Notes: a model not told the origin generated them from the letters alone. A DNA stretch of 64,000 bases from Azolla caroliniana (GCA_043228905.1 JBHGNT010000008.1:18290001-18354000), one strand, 5' to 3'. Positions 28,125-41,992 are shown, numbered from the stretch's first letter. Made by a program: numbers and translations.

Positions 28125-28783
28125 AGAAGAGAGAAGAGAGAAGAGAGAGAGCATGCGCGCTACACCGACTCTTATACACAGGAAACAAGGGGGCTCTGCT
28201 CCCGACTCCACCAAATACACTGATATGCACAAACAAACACGAATATATATATATATATATTATAGGGAAAGATACAACCCCGACTTTGGGCCGGACCAAG
28301 GTAGGTTACAGCAACAGTCTACTGTCAAGCCGCCAATCGGGGAGCTCACGGGCTTGTCGCACCGAGCGGGGTCTTACACAGGAGACCGAGCAGAAGCAAA
28401 CCCTAAACAAACACGAAGGGGAAGAAGAAGCAGAAGAAAACCAAGACGAAACCCTAAAACGGAATAGGGTGAAGACCAAAGTAGAAACCCTAAGAATAAG
28501 AATGAGATGAAGACCAAGAAACTACCAAACCCTAGACCTACATGGTATACCCTTCCTAACTCAAAATGGGCAACCCTTTCACAAAGGGCGTTCCCTTCCT
28601 TTTGTAGAACAAGGAAGGGATGCGTTAAAATGTGGGATAAATCCCGACTTACATGGGATTCTCGGTCCCGACTTGACTCCTACTATTCACACGTTTTTTT
28701 ACAAGGGTAAGTGCACATGGTGCACCCCGCCGATTCTTCCGATATTCCCCGGTTTCTCACCATGGCCCGGAATCTTCACAACA
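25181..28783 (-). mobile_element. tRNA-Trp-primed LTR element, 5' part: LTR 27956-28783, PBS, frameshifted Gag-like ORF with repetitive C-terminal region; no pol seen, 3' end lost
   Basis: PBS complement TTCACGTCGGGTTCACCA at 27933-27950. Gag-like 'VSRFNGDKVPFYLEAY' and 'ELEDEDGANGLTEDW' homologous to the 46024-47478 ORF. ~257-bp internal tandem repeats at 25300-25740. (GA)n and AAACCCTA motifs in the LTR. Confidence 0.8.
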
Positions 28784-31137
28784 CCGGTCAATAAGGTGAC
28801 CATCCACAATACGGGAGTTGGACTGTCGATCGATGAGTTTGTGGAAGCCTTTGCCGGAAGGTCCATATACTCGGTCGGAGACCTTTACTCGGGGTACGAC
28901 CAGTTTCAACTGGTCGTGGAGAGCAGGGACATCACCACAATGCGAACCCCCCTCGGCCTAGTTCACATGTGTACCCTACCACAGGGAGGGACCAACTCGG
29001 TGGCACACATGGTGAATGCAATGAACAGAGTTCTGCGGGACAGAATTCCGGACATCACCATGCCTTTCCTGGACGACATCCCTATCAAGGGGTGTCCAGA
29101 GGACACCAAGGATGAGTCGATCAGCGCAGACGGGTGCCAAAGGTTTGTCACCAACCATATCTCAGACTGCGAAAAGATATTACATAGGCTCGAAGATGCG
29201 CGGCTTACCTTCTCGAGAGAGAAGTCAGCCTTCGGGTAGCCAAAGATCTTAGTGGTGGGCCATCTATGTGGGTCGTACGGCCGGAAGCCATCGCTGACCA
29301 AGGTAGAGGCTATCTCGGCAATGAAGGAGGAGTGCGGATCCATCACAGAGGTCCGACGATTCTTAGGAGCATGCGCCTTCTACCTCATATGGATCCCTCA
29401 TTACACGCATGTTGCCGAACCACTCTACGGCTTGCCAAAGAAGAGCAGGAAATTCGAATGGACAAAGGAACATACCGAGGTAGTTTGGAGGCTAAAACGA
29501 ACGTTCACCGCGGCACCAGCTTTATGCAAAGCGGAATACACACCGGGAACTCTGGTCTACATCACGGTGGACACGGAGGGTCCCGAAAAGGCGAAATGAC
29601 GCGCCGCTCCGGGTAATAGTGCGGGCGGATGATCAAGAGAAGCTAACATCGGAGTTCGACGAAAGCCCTTGGTCTAGACACCGGAGTACATGGGCCACAT
29701 TCGAGAAGTTAAAGGAGAAATACTGGTAGCCGGGTATGTATAAGAGCGTGCACGACTTCATGTCCACATGCGAAAGTCGACACCGCGACGAGTTGCACCC
29801 AACATACCCCTGGCAATGCACTTCAAATGGATGCTCGACTTAGTAACCATGCCGATGGGAGAGGGTCAGAAGCAATACATGGTACTGGCTAGAGAAGACC
29901 TAACGAACCAGGTAGAGGGTCGGTCATTAACGAACAAGACCAGCGCGGCAATATGTAAGTTTCTGATTGAAGATGTCATATGCCGATACGGGTGCATGGG
30001 AAAAATCGTGGCTGACCAAGGCGAGCTAGACACAAAAGAGGCTGAGGAACTGTTCGACCAGTTAGGCGTAAAACTGTCCCTCATGACGGCGTACAACCCG
30101 AAGGCAAACGGAAAGATTGAGCGGGGCCACAGTCCGATAGTAAAGGCCATTGTACGCGCGTGCGAAGGACGAGTCGGAGACTGGCCGAGGTTGCTCCCTT
30201 ACGCATTATGGGCGGACAGGACTACCCACAGTTCGGTGACAGGGTACATGCCGGCGGAACTAATGTTGGGACAGAAACCCATCATGCTGGTGGAGCAGAC
30301 GATCGCCTCGTGGACGGATCGATTGGGCCAACGAAATGAGCCAAGAAGAATTGCTTGCGGCCCGAATCCGGCAACTCGAGCGAAGGCTGAAAGACGTGGA
30401 GCGGGCCATGGCGAGGGTGAAAGAAGCGAGAATCCGAAACAAGTCCCGGTTCGACCGAACACACTAGCTCCGGCCAAGGAAGATCGAGGAAGGCGATTGG
30501 GTGTTAGTCTATGACAACAGCCTCGACAACCAGCATAGGTCTACACGTAAGTTCACGAAGCGATGGTTCGGGCCATACATGGTAATTAGCGTCAACGATA
30601 ATGTGACGTATCATCTCGCGGAGCTCGACGGAACCCGAATGACCACTCCGGTGGCCGGGAAGTGGATAAAGGCCTTCAAGAGGCGGAACGAGGCGGAACC
30701 GGACCCAGGAGCCGAAAGCGCCAGTTCAGAAGGGAAGGACGAGTAGCAGATGGCCTAGAATCCCTCACTAAATTCACTACTCGGCACATAACAAAGTATG
30801 TGTGGTTTAGTGGGGGTGGATGTCGTGAAGATTCTGGGCCATAGGTGGAAACATTGTGAAATGCTCAGGAACACTGGTGTGCACTCATGCACACCACTAG
30901 TGAATTAAATAGTGTAAGTGTTGGGCATAGGTAGAAGGAGGTGTACTAGGTAGTTAAAGCATTAATAGGGATTTAGACATCGCGTAAGTAGGGAGAGTTA
31001 TGAGGAGAGTGAATCAAGGGGGGTAGAATCTAGGAAGGGAAAGCGACAGGTCATGAATGCTTTGTAACGGCCGCTCCTTGTGCGATAAAAGGGGCGACCT
31101 TTAACTGATGGACAGGGGGTGATCGAGACAGGGAAAA

Positions 31138-34100
31138 TGTTACGGGCATGACCATATAATATCCCGTGGTAAGAATTTACCGTAGTATTCTATACACGTG
31201 GATAAGTGTGAGGGTTAAACGAGAGTGTAAAGAAGGGGAGGATTACTTTTAATCCTCGGGATTGAGACAACCCATTAGGTCAAGTGTGAACTTGCCTGGG
31301 GGCCTTGGGTATCGCTATAAATAAGAGGCCTAGCTACCCTCATTTGATCATCTTTTTGACTACATCGAGACTCTGCTCGTGTGGTGGGTCAACTCTTGTA
31401 GCGAGCGCGCCAGCACCAGGTACGACTCGACGCCACGGCGGTGGTATGGGACGCCGATCGAGGCTCGAGTCCGTCTCGATCCCTTCGCTCGGGGGTGGTC
31501 GGGTGGATCGGCACCCTTCTTTCTCTTTCTCCTTTCTATCTATCTTTTCATTATCCTTATCTTAAGCTTACGTTAGTACCAAGATCTATAATATTTGGTA
31601 TCAGATTTTTGTACTAATGTTTCTTTGTTTTTCATTTGTCTTTTGATTGATGCTGATCGATCGTGGTGCGGTTGGCCTTGATCCAGACAACGATCAACAA
31701 AGAACTTCGGTAATTCTTTCCATAATTTTTCTTTCTATTCTCTCTTCTCCCATCTAATCATGTGTTTAGTTTATATGTAATTTTTTTTCATTAAGTCAAT
31801 GATGTTGTAGTGGTCTTTAATTGATTATCTAAAACGTTTACATATGTGCACGAGGTCAATACCTTGTTTGACATATTAATAATATGTGATGAGTGTCGTA
31901 TGCGTACGAGGTTAATACCTCAATTACGTATTACGTTCACGAACATATGTTACGTTTGCGTATGAGTTTAATACCTTAATTTGTTGTAAACGATATGCGT
32001 TTGGTCTCGTATGCGTAAGAGGTCAATACCTCCATTGCGTATTACGATGATCTCTTATTTGTGGATGTTTCGTGTGCGTAGAGGTATATACCTCGATTAC
32101 GTATCTCGATCACATCATTTGTGGCTATTTACTATAACGATATGTTTAATATAGGCATATGTGGTCACATATATACGTATTTGATCATATATATGTGATA
32201 AGTAAACATATGTGTATATTCGTTATTACGTGATTATATCGAAAGTTGTCATGGTCGGGAAAAGGATGTTGGTGGCCGTCCTTACATTTTTGTGAGAATG
32301 GCGTTGTCACCATCCCTTTTTCAACATTTTTTTATTGTTGATAACCCCGTTGACGACCTCGATTTCGTTACGTAAAGAAACGCCAATAGCCAAAATGATG
32401 TTGAGTACGTAGGGCTTGACCCACTTCAAGTGAGGTCGCTCCAATGACGCACGTATCCAACATCCCTCCCTCGTTACATGGATACGATGCCACCATGAGC
32501 TCGTTCTTACGAGAGGCATTCGTAATGACGTGACCATGTGATGGCCCACGTGAGCCTACTACGAAACGAGGGCTCATTTGGCTTGACCATTAGGTTGCAC
32601 TTTGGCGTATGCCATCGTAATTACGAGACTTGAGGTTAGGTAACGTACCAACATAGTTTTGGTAAATGAGGGCGAAATAAGGACCCTTGACATATATGTT
32701 CTTTTAAAAAAACATATATGATCAATTGCCTCGCATATCTCTTATACGCATCAAACATTAAGCATTCGAGAAGAGCAACTTACTTGGTTGGCTCAAGTGT
32801 TTAATGTATTTGTTCTCGAGGTCTCGAGTTCAAATATGACCAAGACCATACAACATCCTTGATACATATGACTATAACACATGTTTAGACTTAAGGTCTA
32901 AGTGCACCTCGGGGTCCTCGTAATAGGACTTAAAGAGCCGAAACCACTTATGTGGGCACCGAAACATAGTTTATTGTTAACATTTTTTTTCGTGTATAAA
33001 CTATTCATGACGCGAACATACATGGTTGAGCCTCGGGGAGCCACCATGAAAAAATCGATATAGAGATCAGGGAAAGACATTTATTTGTCACCCCCATGGT
33101 TTTTAAAACACCTTTGTGTTACCATAGTAACCTGATCTTGAACCTCATCTCATACGTCTAGAGGGGTATTGACGTGAGATAATGATATCGATTAATGCTC
33201 GCCCATGATATGTTTACATCACGACATGATGTTATGACTATATCTCTGACCTTATCCTATTTCTTTTCCAGAAATAATCTTTAATGGCTCAAATTAACGA
33301 CCCGATGTCATCCGCTCAAGCGGAAGGAACTCAAGGGAATCCTCCTGGACAAATGTCCACTGAGATGTATTTGGCACAAATAACCCAATACCTTAGTTTC
33401 ACCGCTCAACAGATGACCGAACTTCGGCAATCTCAGAGTGCTCTTGAGGCACGTGTCATTAGTCTACAACGTGAGACTAATAGACCTGATGAGCGACAAG
33501 GTGAACCATCATTTGTCGTTAAGCCATTTACGGGAGACAAAAAGGAAAGAACCGAAGAAGCAATCTGCACATGGCTGGGACGATGGGAGTCTCATTTTGA
33601 GCTCTATCCCATGCCAGATAGTACGAAGATTGCATATGTCGGCCGAGAACTCGGGGGTAAGGCCGCCGCCTGGTGGCGTGGCCTCCGTACTATGGGGAAA
33701 TTGCCCGATACCTGGACAGATTTTGTCACGGTTTTTAAGGGCAAATTTCTGCAACCTCCCTCTCGAACCGAGGCAGCACAAGCTTTAATGAACCTCTCTA
33801 GCAGGAAATTTTTCTTGCTAGAAGACTATGTTCACCATGCTAGAACCCAAATCCAAAAATCGGGTCTAGAAGGGGACAATTGGTTGATAGCTTGTTTTGT
33901 CAATGGCATCCCCAATTCGGACTATCACTGGATAGTGCACGATAAGGATCCAAAATCCTTCGAAGAGGCCGTTGAAATAGTTCTTCACTATCAACGCACT
34001 TCGAAGAAGGACCATAACAAACCCAACGAAGCGCCCGGGACTAAGCAGTCGCAATTTGTTGGGAAACGCAAGACACCCAACAAATTCCTGGATCGCGATT

Positions 34101-37100
34101 GTAAGCGACAACATCCTTTTTGTGTATTCTGCAAAAAGAAGGGTCATACAAAAGATCAATGTCGAAAGCTCCAACGGAAAGAGCACGACAACAAAGCTAA
34201 AGCTGCAGACCATAAAGGTCAGAATCCTAATGTCCTTCAGGTCTATACACATCATTTAAGTAATTGTCAATGTTCTTTCCCTCACTATGTATTGGGTCCC
34301 AATGATTTACTACGTGCAAACGGGTATATCAATGGATCTCCCGTACAGTTTTTATTTGATTCGGGAAGCTCACACAATTTTGTGAATGATCGTTTGGTTC
34401 AGATATGGGGAATCCAACCCACCGTAAGTGATCACACCTACACGGTGCACTTGGCTGATGGAAGAGTACAATACATCAACGGGGCGATTCATTCATTAGG
34501 AATTTCTATTGATACTTATATAGAGGAAGTAGACTTCCATGTAATGAATCTTTGTACCACCGATGTAATACTGGGTTATCCCTGGTTTTATAATAAAAAC
34601 TCTTCTTTATTTATTGATTGGGTTCGTCATTCCATTTCTTTTATACTGAACGATTGTACGCATTTTATTCAATGTGTAAAAAAACAATCCCTCTCGATTG
34701 TTTCCTCGTGTCCATCAATATCCGAGTTGTCTTGTTCTACGTTATTTTATTGTGTACTTGATCCGGACATTCACGTTTACAATATCGATAATGTCCCGAT
34801 TCAATTAACATATTTTGAACAACAACAACTTGATGAAATCTTAAATGATTTTCATGATGTTTTTCCAAGTGAACTACCTGATGGGTTACCTCCTAAACGT
34901 AATATAGACCATCGTATAGATATTGTACCTGGTGTTGCACCAATAAGTATACCTCCGTATCGCTTAAGTCGATCCGAAGAAGATGAGGTATCTAAGCAAC
35001 TCAAGGACTATTTACGAATGGGTTATATACGTTATAGTAAATCTCCATGGGGTGCACCAGTTCTCTTGGTTAAAAAGAAAGAGGGCACATGGCGTATGTG
35101 TATTAATTACCGATGCTTGAATAAAGTGACGATCAAGAATTCGTATCCATTACCCCGGGCTGACGATCTAATTGACCGTCTCCAGGGAGCTTGGTATTTT
35201 ACGAAACTTGATCTCCGTACTGGCTACCATCAAATACGAATAAGTGAGGACGATGTTCCTAAAACGGCATTTCGTACGCGCTATGGCCATTACGAGTTTT
35301 TGGTTATGCCTTTTGGTTTGACCAATGCTCCGGCTACTTTTCAACAAGAAATGAATGACATTTTTCGAGAACAACTTGGAAAATTTGTCGTTATTTTCTT
35401 GGATGATATTTTAGTTTATAGCCGTACATTACAAGAACATGCTAGACATGTCCGCTTTGTTTTACAAACATTGCATGACAAACAGTTTTATGCGAAGATC
35501 TCAAAATGTGAGTTCTTCAAGAAATCAATTACTTATCTAGGACATCTCATAACCGAATGAGGAGTTGAAATTGATCCTTCTCGCATTGAGAAAATCAAGC
35601 TTTGGCCCACTCTTCGGAATATTCGAGAAGTTCGATCATTCCTTGGTTTTGTGGGGTTTTTGCGAAAGTCTCTTCGTAATTACTCCCAATTGACGATGTC
35701 GTTTACTGATCTTTTAAAAGGTCAAACGCGTAGGTCTACAAAACCTATTGTGTGGAATGCTACACTAGACCTTGCATTTAAGGAACTCAAGGACCTAGTT
35801 TGCAAGGCTCCTTCACTTCTTTTACCTGATCCTTCAAAACCTTTTGAGGTTGAAACCGATGCAAGCGATTATGCTATAGGTGTTGTCTTGTATCAAGATG
35901 GTAAACCAATAGCATTCGAGAGTAAGAAACTTGATTCTGCTCAATGTCGGTATACCGTTCAAGAAAAGGAATTATTTGCAGTTATACATGCGCTCAAAAC
36001 ATGGCGCCATTATCTTTATGGAAATCACTTTGTGGTAACTACGGACCACGAGTCCTTGAAATATTTTTGTGACCAACAAGACCTGAAAGGTCGTAAGGCA
36101 CGATGGGCTGATCTCATCCAGGACTTTGATTTTTCCATACGATATCGTAAAGGTTCCATGAACATTGTCGCTGATGCACTAAGTCGCATCCGTGAAGTTA
36201 ACACGCTTAGCTTCACTGAAATATCATCAGATCTTTATGATCACCTTCGAGGAAAGTATCCTGATGACAGTTATTTCACAAAATACTGGGCTAGAGTTGA
36301 GTCTGGAACAGACACCACCACATCCTTGAAGGAATACTTCCACATTGCTAACGGTTTGCTCTACCGTAATGGGAAGGTTTGTGTTCCAGATTTACCCGAG
36401 GTCAAAAAGAGGATTCTTTTTGAATGCCATGATGCACCCTCAGCAGGGCACCCTGGAATACATCGTTCACTCATTCTCATCTCCACTCAATTTTATTGGC
36501 CTAAGATGCGTCCTGACATACATAGCTATGTGACTAAATGTCACCAGTGCCAGGTTAACAAAGCCGAGCGACTTAAAGCCGCAGGACTTTTACATCCCTT
36601 GGACATTCCCAATAATAAGTGGGAAAGTATATCCATGGATTTTATTGTTAGCCTTCCTCGCACCCAAAAAGGTCATGATGCCATCTGGGTTGTCGTTGAT
36701 CGACTAACTAAAATGGCCAGATTTATTGCTACTAAAACCACGGTAACAGCTCCTGAATTGGCTTACCAATTCGTTGACGAATTGTTTCGTTTTTATGGGT
36801 TACCGATGGATATAGTGAGTGATCGAGATCCAAAGTTTACTAGTGACTTCTGGACACAAGTCTTTAAGAAGTTAGAAACTACGTTGAGCATGAGCTCCAC
36901 GGATCATCCTCAATCCGATGGACAGACAGAACGAGTAAATCAAATTATTGAGGACATGCTTTGAGCATATGTTGGTGCAAAACCAACAAAATGGGAACGT
37001 TATCTCCCAATTTTGGAGTTTGCTTATAACAGCTCCAAGCATACGTCGACGGGATATAGTCCTTTTATGTTGATGTATGGTTTTCAGCCACGAGCCCCGA

Positions 37101-38159
37101 TTGATGTTACTATACATCATGATGAGTTGCGAAGTACGCAAAACTTTCTTCGGGATATGCAAGATATGTTGCATATTGCACGAGATAATATAAAAACAGC
37201 TCAAGATAGAGCGCGTTTTTATGCCGATCATCATAGGCAACCTCGTGTATTCAACCCTGGACAGAAGGTATTTTTACGTGTACCTCACAATTCTAAGACA
37301 TTGTCTACGGGTAAGTGCGCTAAGTTAGCCCCACGGTTTTGTGAACCTTTTACAGTCCTCAAACGCATTGGGTCATCAGCCTATCGTCTCGCTCTTCCCG
37401 ATGGTGTCGGAATTCATCCAGTCTTTCATGTGAGTCGTCTAAAAGAACTTCTAGGTTCTGGCGACAATACAGTTACGACTGAAACTCTGGTTACTTCTGA
37501 AGAATTATCTTCTAAACCACATGTACCAGAAAGAATTCTCGATGTTAAAACAAAAAAATTACGTACTAAAGAAATCCGAGAATTTAAAATAAAATGGATG
37601 GATAAATCAATAAAAGATGCCACATGGGAACGCGAAAATACTCTTAGAACTAACTTCCCTAACTTTCCATTGCAAGAGTGCAATGTTTTAAAGAGGGGGA
37701 GTATGTTACGGGCATGACCATATAATATCCCGTGGTAAGAATTTACTGTAGTATTCTATACACGTGGATAAGTGTGAGGGTTAAACGAGAGTGTAAAGAA
37801 GGGGAGGATTACTTTTAATCCTCGGGATTGAGACAACCCATTAGGTCAAGTGTGAACTTGCCTGGGGGCCTTGGGTATCGCTATAAATAAGAGGCCTAGC
37901 TACCCTCATTTGATCATCTTTTTGACTACATCGAGACTCTGCTCGTGTGGTGGGTCAACTCTTGTAGCGAGCGCGCCAGCACCAGGTACGACTCGACGCC
38001 ACGGCGGTGGTATGGGACGCCGATCGAGGCTCGAGTCCGTCTCGATCCCTTCGCTCGGGGGTGGTCGGGTGGATCGGCACCCTTCTTTCTCTTTCTCCTT
38101 TCTATCTATCTTTTCATTATCCTTATCTTAAGCTTACGTTAGTACCAAGATCTATAATA
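31138..38159 (+). mobile_element. Very young full-length Gypsy chromovirus (Met-primed)
   Basis: 456-bp LTRs at 31138-31593 and 37704-38159, with one difference seen. TSD GAAAA, PBS TGGTATCAGA at 31596, PPT AAAGAGGGGGAG. LTR ends are TG...TA. Confidence 0.95.
33284..37717 (+). pseudogene. gag-PR-RT-RH-INT-chromodomain polyprotein in one frame with two internal TGA stops (35558, 36962)
   Basis: CCHC '[14 protein letters not shown]', protease 'LFDSGSS', RT 'FLDDILVYS', RH 'ETDASD', INT 'SISMDF...SDRD', chromo-like 'KIKWMDKSIKDATWE'. The three track ORFs share one reading frame. Confidence 0.9.
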
Positions 38160-38605
38160 GAAAAAGAGACAACCAGGAGAGGAGGCGAGGAGTCCTACGA
38201 GGTATCACCAAAAGGCGCTTCCCCTGCTCACGTCAGACGCCCGAGTTCTCCTGATCGGGGGATCGACCTTCTGCGTGCCTACGTATCTTTGCATCTAACT
38301 GCTATAGAGCTCTACACTCTATCATCGGCACTGATCCGGTTGTAATTCCCCACAGCGCTACGCGCATGTTTTGATTAATAGAACTTATCTACCTAACTCA
38401 AGTTGTTCTCAACATCTCTGTCTGCGCCTGTGTCTACACGCGATCCTCTTACACACTCTCTCTCATTTCGCTAACCTTCTCCGTTTAACCGCAGTCTCAG
38501 GGCTTATGTAAACCACAGACTCTTCCTCCTCACTTCTTGATTCCTTGGTTCAAGACCCTCGTGGTCCTACCCAACTTCTACACATCCGCGAGGATTTTCT
38601 CGACA

Positions 38606-39317
38606 ACGCTTTCGAAACATGGTTTCTCACGCCCGTCAGTGCTCCACTTCCCGCTCACCCCTACATCATGCTTTTGAAAAGGTGGTTGAAAAGGGGAGCA
38701 CTGATGTTCCAATCTCCAGTGAGGACCTCACATAGTCGCTCACATTCGTTCATGTTGTTATTTCTGTTGAGGACTCACTCAATCATCAATCAACTTTGAT
38801 TTTATACTTCAGCTCAGCCTTGCACCATGACGCTTTCGAAAAGGCAACCGTAAAGGGGAGGATAATGTCATAAACATGACATCAGTTATGTCAAGATTCG
38901 AACTCTTGACCTTTCGTATTATAGTCAGGTGTTACATTGTAACCAACACATCCAAATACATGATCATATTATATATATCTTCGCAGATTATCGATTCAAG
39001 TTCTAGGGGTTTTTAGAAAGTTCTAGAACTAAAAGGTTCTAGAGGGTTCTAGAATATTCTCCAAAATATTCTCTAGAATATTCTAATGCATGTACTTTAG
39101 CTCACAATATAAATACTTGTGACCTCCTTGGTCCCTTTCAAGGGATTCAACACAAGTCATTAACACATCAATCTAGTCTTGATCTTTATCTATGTCTTCA
39201 TTCTCTTTTATCGTTCCCAAGTTTCTAGCCTCATCACTTCTAGCTAGTTCACAACCCAACGTTCAATGCTCCATCATTCGTGCTCCGTCCCAGTCTGTGG
39301 TTGTTGTGTCCGTGACA
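38606..39317 (+). mobile_element. 3' end (PPT and LTR 38866-39317) of another Gypsy-like element
   Basis: PPT AAAGGGGAGGA, then TGTCA...TGACA. TTCTAGAA repeats like those in the Tcn1-like LTRs. TATA box at ~39108. Confidence 0.7.
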
Positions 39318-40916
39318 CTAACACTGCTAACATAGTTCAGAGTGGCTCCCGAAGAGCTGCCAGAAATACTGCCTTAGCTTCATCCTCCAAGGGTGCCCTC
39401 GTAAGTTGGTTGTGCAGTGTCTAGAATCGGATGATAAATTGTGGTACGGTTTCATTTGCTTCTTGGCACGTAGTATAGAACCGTCCAACTATCTCTCTCT
39501 GTGCCACTTGTCGATGAAACAGCCGCAGGAACTTATCCCATGATAGTCCGAATTCTACTATTTTTTATCGATCGGCTTTTGCTTCCGTTAGCCACTGTGG
39601 GACATGGTTGGCCTCCCATGTCTGTAAACGACATAGACGTGTGCTTCCGTGTCCAGTTCGTCGTGGTACTTGGGGTATGGTTATGGCATGTTATCGTCTT
39701 CTTCGGCCCATTCTGGTTCCGGTATGGGTTCGTGTAACCGTGGTGTCGGCACACGGTTGTCTTCCTCCTCCGGTTGTTGTTCCCAAATTACTTCTTCCGG
39801 CCGCACTGGATTAACTACCTCTGTCGGTGGTGTTGGAACCGGATTTTCTTGTTCCGCCGGTGTTGGTAACAGAGTTTCCAACTACGGTGTTGGTGTGTGC
39901 TCGAATCCGTCTTTATCCGGCTCATCTGGAGTGTCGTGACTGGATCTGTAGTTCAAGTGTACGTGCCGCTCATCGTTGTCCAATCCCGATTCGAATGCCG
40001 AAAAGACCCCTTAATATTCGGTGCTTGTTGCTAAAGTCTGCAATATCGATTCAGCGTCGAGCAGACTGGTAAGACTGCTTCCTTCATCTAAGTGTCATTG
40101 ATTTTGAATTCACACCATTTCCTCCGCAACCCGTCGGAGCACTCTGGGAAAAGATCAATCCTGTTAGATCTCTTCTACCACCTGTTGGTAAGCTTCTCGC
40201 CTCCGCAGTCTATCGTCTAATCTTCTCGCTCGCTCGGTCACCAGGTCGTTCGTCTGTCTAGACATCCATTCCCCGTTCTTCACTGCTCTGTGCAGGAATC
40301 CTGGCCTTTGTAGTCTATCGTCTAATCTTCTCGCTCGCTCGGTCACTAGGTCGTTCGTTTGTCTAGACATCCATTCCCCGTTGTTCACTACTTTGTGCAA
40401 GAATCACGGTCGCCAAAACTGTGTTAATCATGGGCTGGACTAGCCACAAACATGGGGTGTTCTCTTCTGGAACACATATCCAAAGGGGTGGTCGGAGATA
40501 TGGATGATGCTTCTTCAATACGGCACTGATTCACTTAACACTATCTAGTTACTTTCCAGAATGCCTTCCGGAATCACACACTTATCCGGATCTTAATTAC
40601 ACGAGCAAGATTGGAAATGATAGCACAGACGGCAAGTACACAAGATGATACAGCCAATAGAATAGAGAACAATACTTAAACTCGCATTACTTCCGTGAAT
40701 TATACATCAATCCGGATCCTTTTAGAGGCATTCTGTAAAAGTTACAAAATGGTGCCTACCGGCTACCGGCTACTAATCGGTGCGGATCCAGATTGGTACA
40801 ACTATCCGGATCTGTCATTTCCTTAACTATATTAATTACTACATTAATAATATTCCTCCGGCCTTAACTCTTCCCTATTCACACTTCCTCTTCCGGATCA
40901 TACTCATAGGCCAACA
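39318..40916 (-). mobile_element. 5' fragment of a non-chromovirus Gypsy: LTR ~40422-40916, Arg-type PBS, degenerate gag
   Basis: PBS TGGCGACCGTG on the minus strand (~40405-40415). Retrotrans_gag-like 'QEANETVPQFIIRF'. 108-bp tandem duplication at 40200-40400. Confidence 0.65.
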
Positions 40917-41059
40917 ACAACAACAAAATGGTATTAGGTTGAATTCATGAACAGAACTTTGTAAATTTACCAACAAAGTGTTGGGATGAAGCTATTGGAG
41001 CAACACCATACATTCAAAATTGAGGATTCCATATATCATTGGGGTTAAACACTCCTTTT

Positions 41060-41534
41060 TTCCCAAATAAAAACTCCTTCCATTAGTTATAAAATTTTAA
41101 AGATGAGAGTGTTATATATACAAATCATTGTAGGGATGTGATAGTTCCATCTTATGTGGATGCCCACTGACTCAAGAAATGGAGAGGACGACCATTGTTG
41201 GATGAAGGCTAGTCGTTGTCTTTCAACTCCATCGGAGCTACCCTTGAGGCCATCGTATTGGCTCATTAGAGTGGCTACAACTTCACTCCATATCTCTTGC
41301 ATTAACATTACTGTATGTGTTGTTTGGTTGGAGAAGACCCATCTACATCGTTGTTTCCATAGAATCCAAAGAGTTATTGGGCTTACCAATTCCAACACAA
41401 CTTGAGAATTGGCAGTAACAAGAGTTGAGTGGATATTGTTGATGTTGGAAAAAAAAACCTCTTGTGCTTTTATCACCAAAGTCATCCCCTCCTCCTTATG
41501 CTCGTACCTGTCAACTAGGGCCTGCCATGATAAC
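41060..41534 (-). mobile_element. LINE (L1-like) ORF2 C-terminal fragment
   Basis: 'ITLWILWKQRCRWVF...W...IRWNY', similar to the C-terminus at 53.6-53.9 kb. Confidence 0.6.
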
Positions 41535-41921
41535 TATCATGAGCAGTACTAAGACAGAGAAGTATTGTTAGGAACAGTAATAAAACAGAGAAGGAATTAG
41601 TACGAAAAGATGAGGATTAGTACTAAGGGAGGTGTAGAACTCTCGAGAGAAGGAAAGAGTGAGTGAGTGAGAGAGAGAGAGAGAGAGAATGAGAGAATGA
41701 GGATAACAAAAGATATATATTATGTTAAGGGAATATACAATAGTGGCTAGGAAGCTTAAGACTGGCGTTGAACCGATTTGGTTCGAAATAATGCCTTGTG
41801 CCTCCTTTTATAGTGTTCTCAGGAGTACTCTTGAAGTTTCTAGAATGTTCCAGAGAAATCTGGAATATACATCAATTTTCTATAGTAAAACTTAAATGAA
41901 AATAATTCTTTTGTATTACCA

Positions 41922-41992
41922 GATATAGTCTAATGGTCAAGAGCTCGACCCATGTAACATAAGGTCATGGGTTCGAGTCTTCCCATATCAAG
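41922..41992 (+). promoter_or_regulatory. tRNA-like Pol III A/B-box cassette in the Tcn1-like LTR (homolog at 22556-22625)
   Basis: A box TAGTCTAATGG at 41926 and B box GGTTCGAGTC at 41970, 44 nt apart as in tRNA genes. Confidence 0.6.

Larger units (their letters stand above)
28784..38605 (+). mobile_element. Gypsy element of the same LTR lineage carrying pol (RT, partial RH, INT), 5'-truncated; 3' LTR split by a younger element
   Basis: RT 'DLYSGYDQF...LPQGGTNSVAH...FLDDIPIKG'. INT 'LAREDLTNQVEGR...IVADQGE' and 'WFGPY'. PPT TAGTGGGGGTGGA. LTR = 30821-31137 plus 38165-38605; both ends resemble the reverse complement of LTR 27956-28783. Confidence 0.8.

Noticed and set aside
27641-28510. 289-aa and 207-aa + strand ORFs
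   Set aside because: They run antisense through gag and the LTR (GA)n tract, giving RE repeats. Spurious.
35558-36964. Programmed read-through or U-to-C editing of the two TGA codons
   Set aside because: The stops lie inside RT and integrase rather than at the gag/pol junction. Plant U-to-C editing is organellar, and CpG deamination is the simpler explanation.
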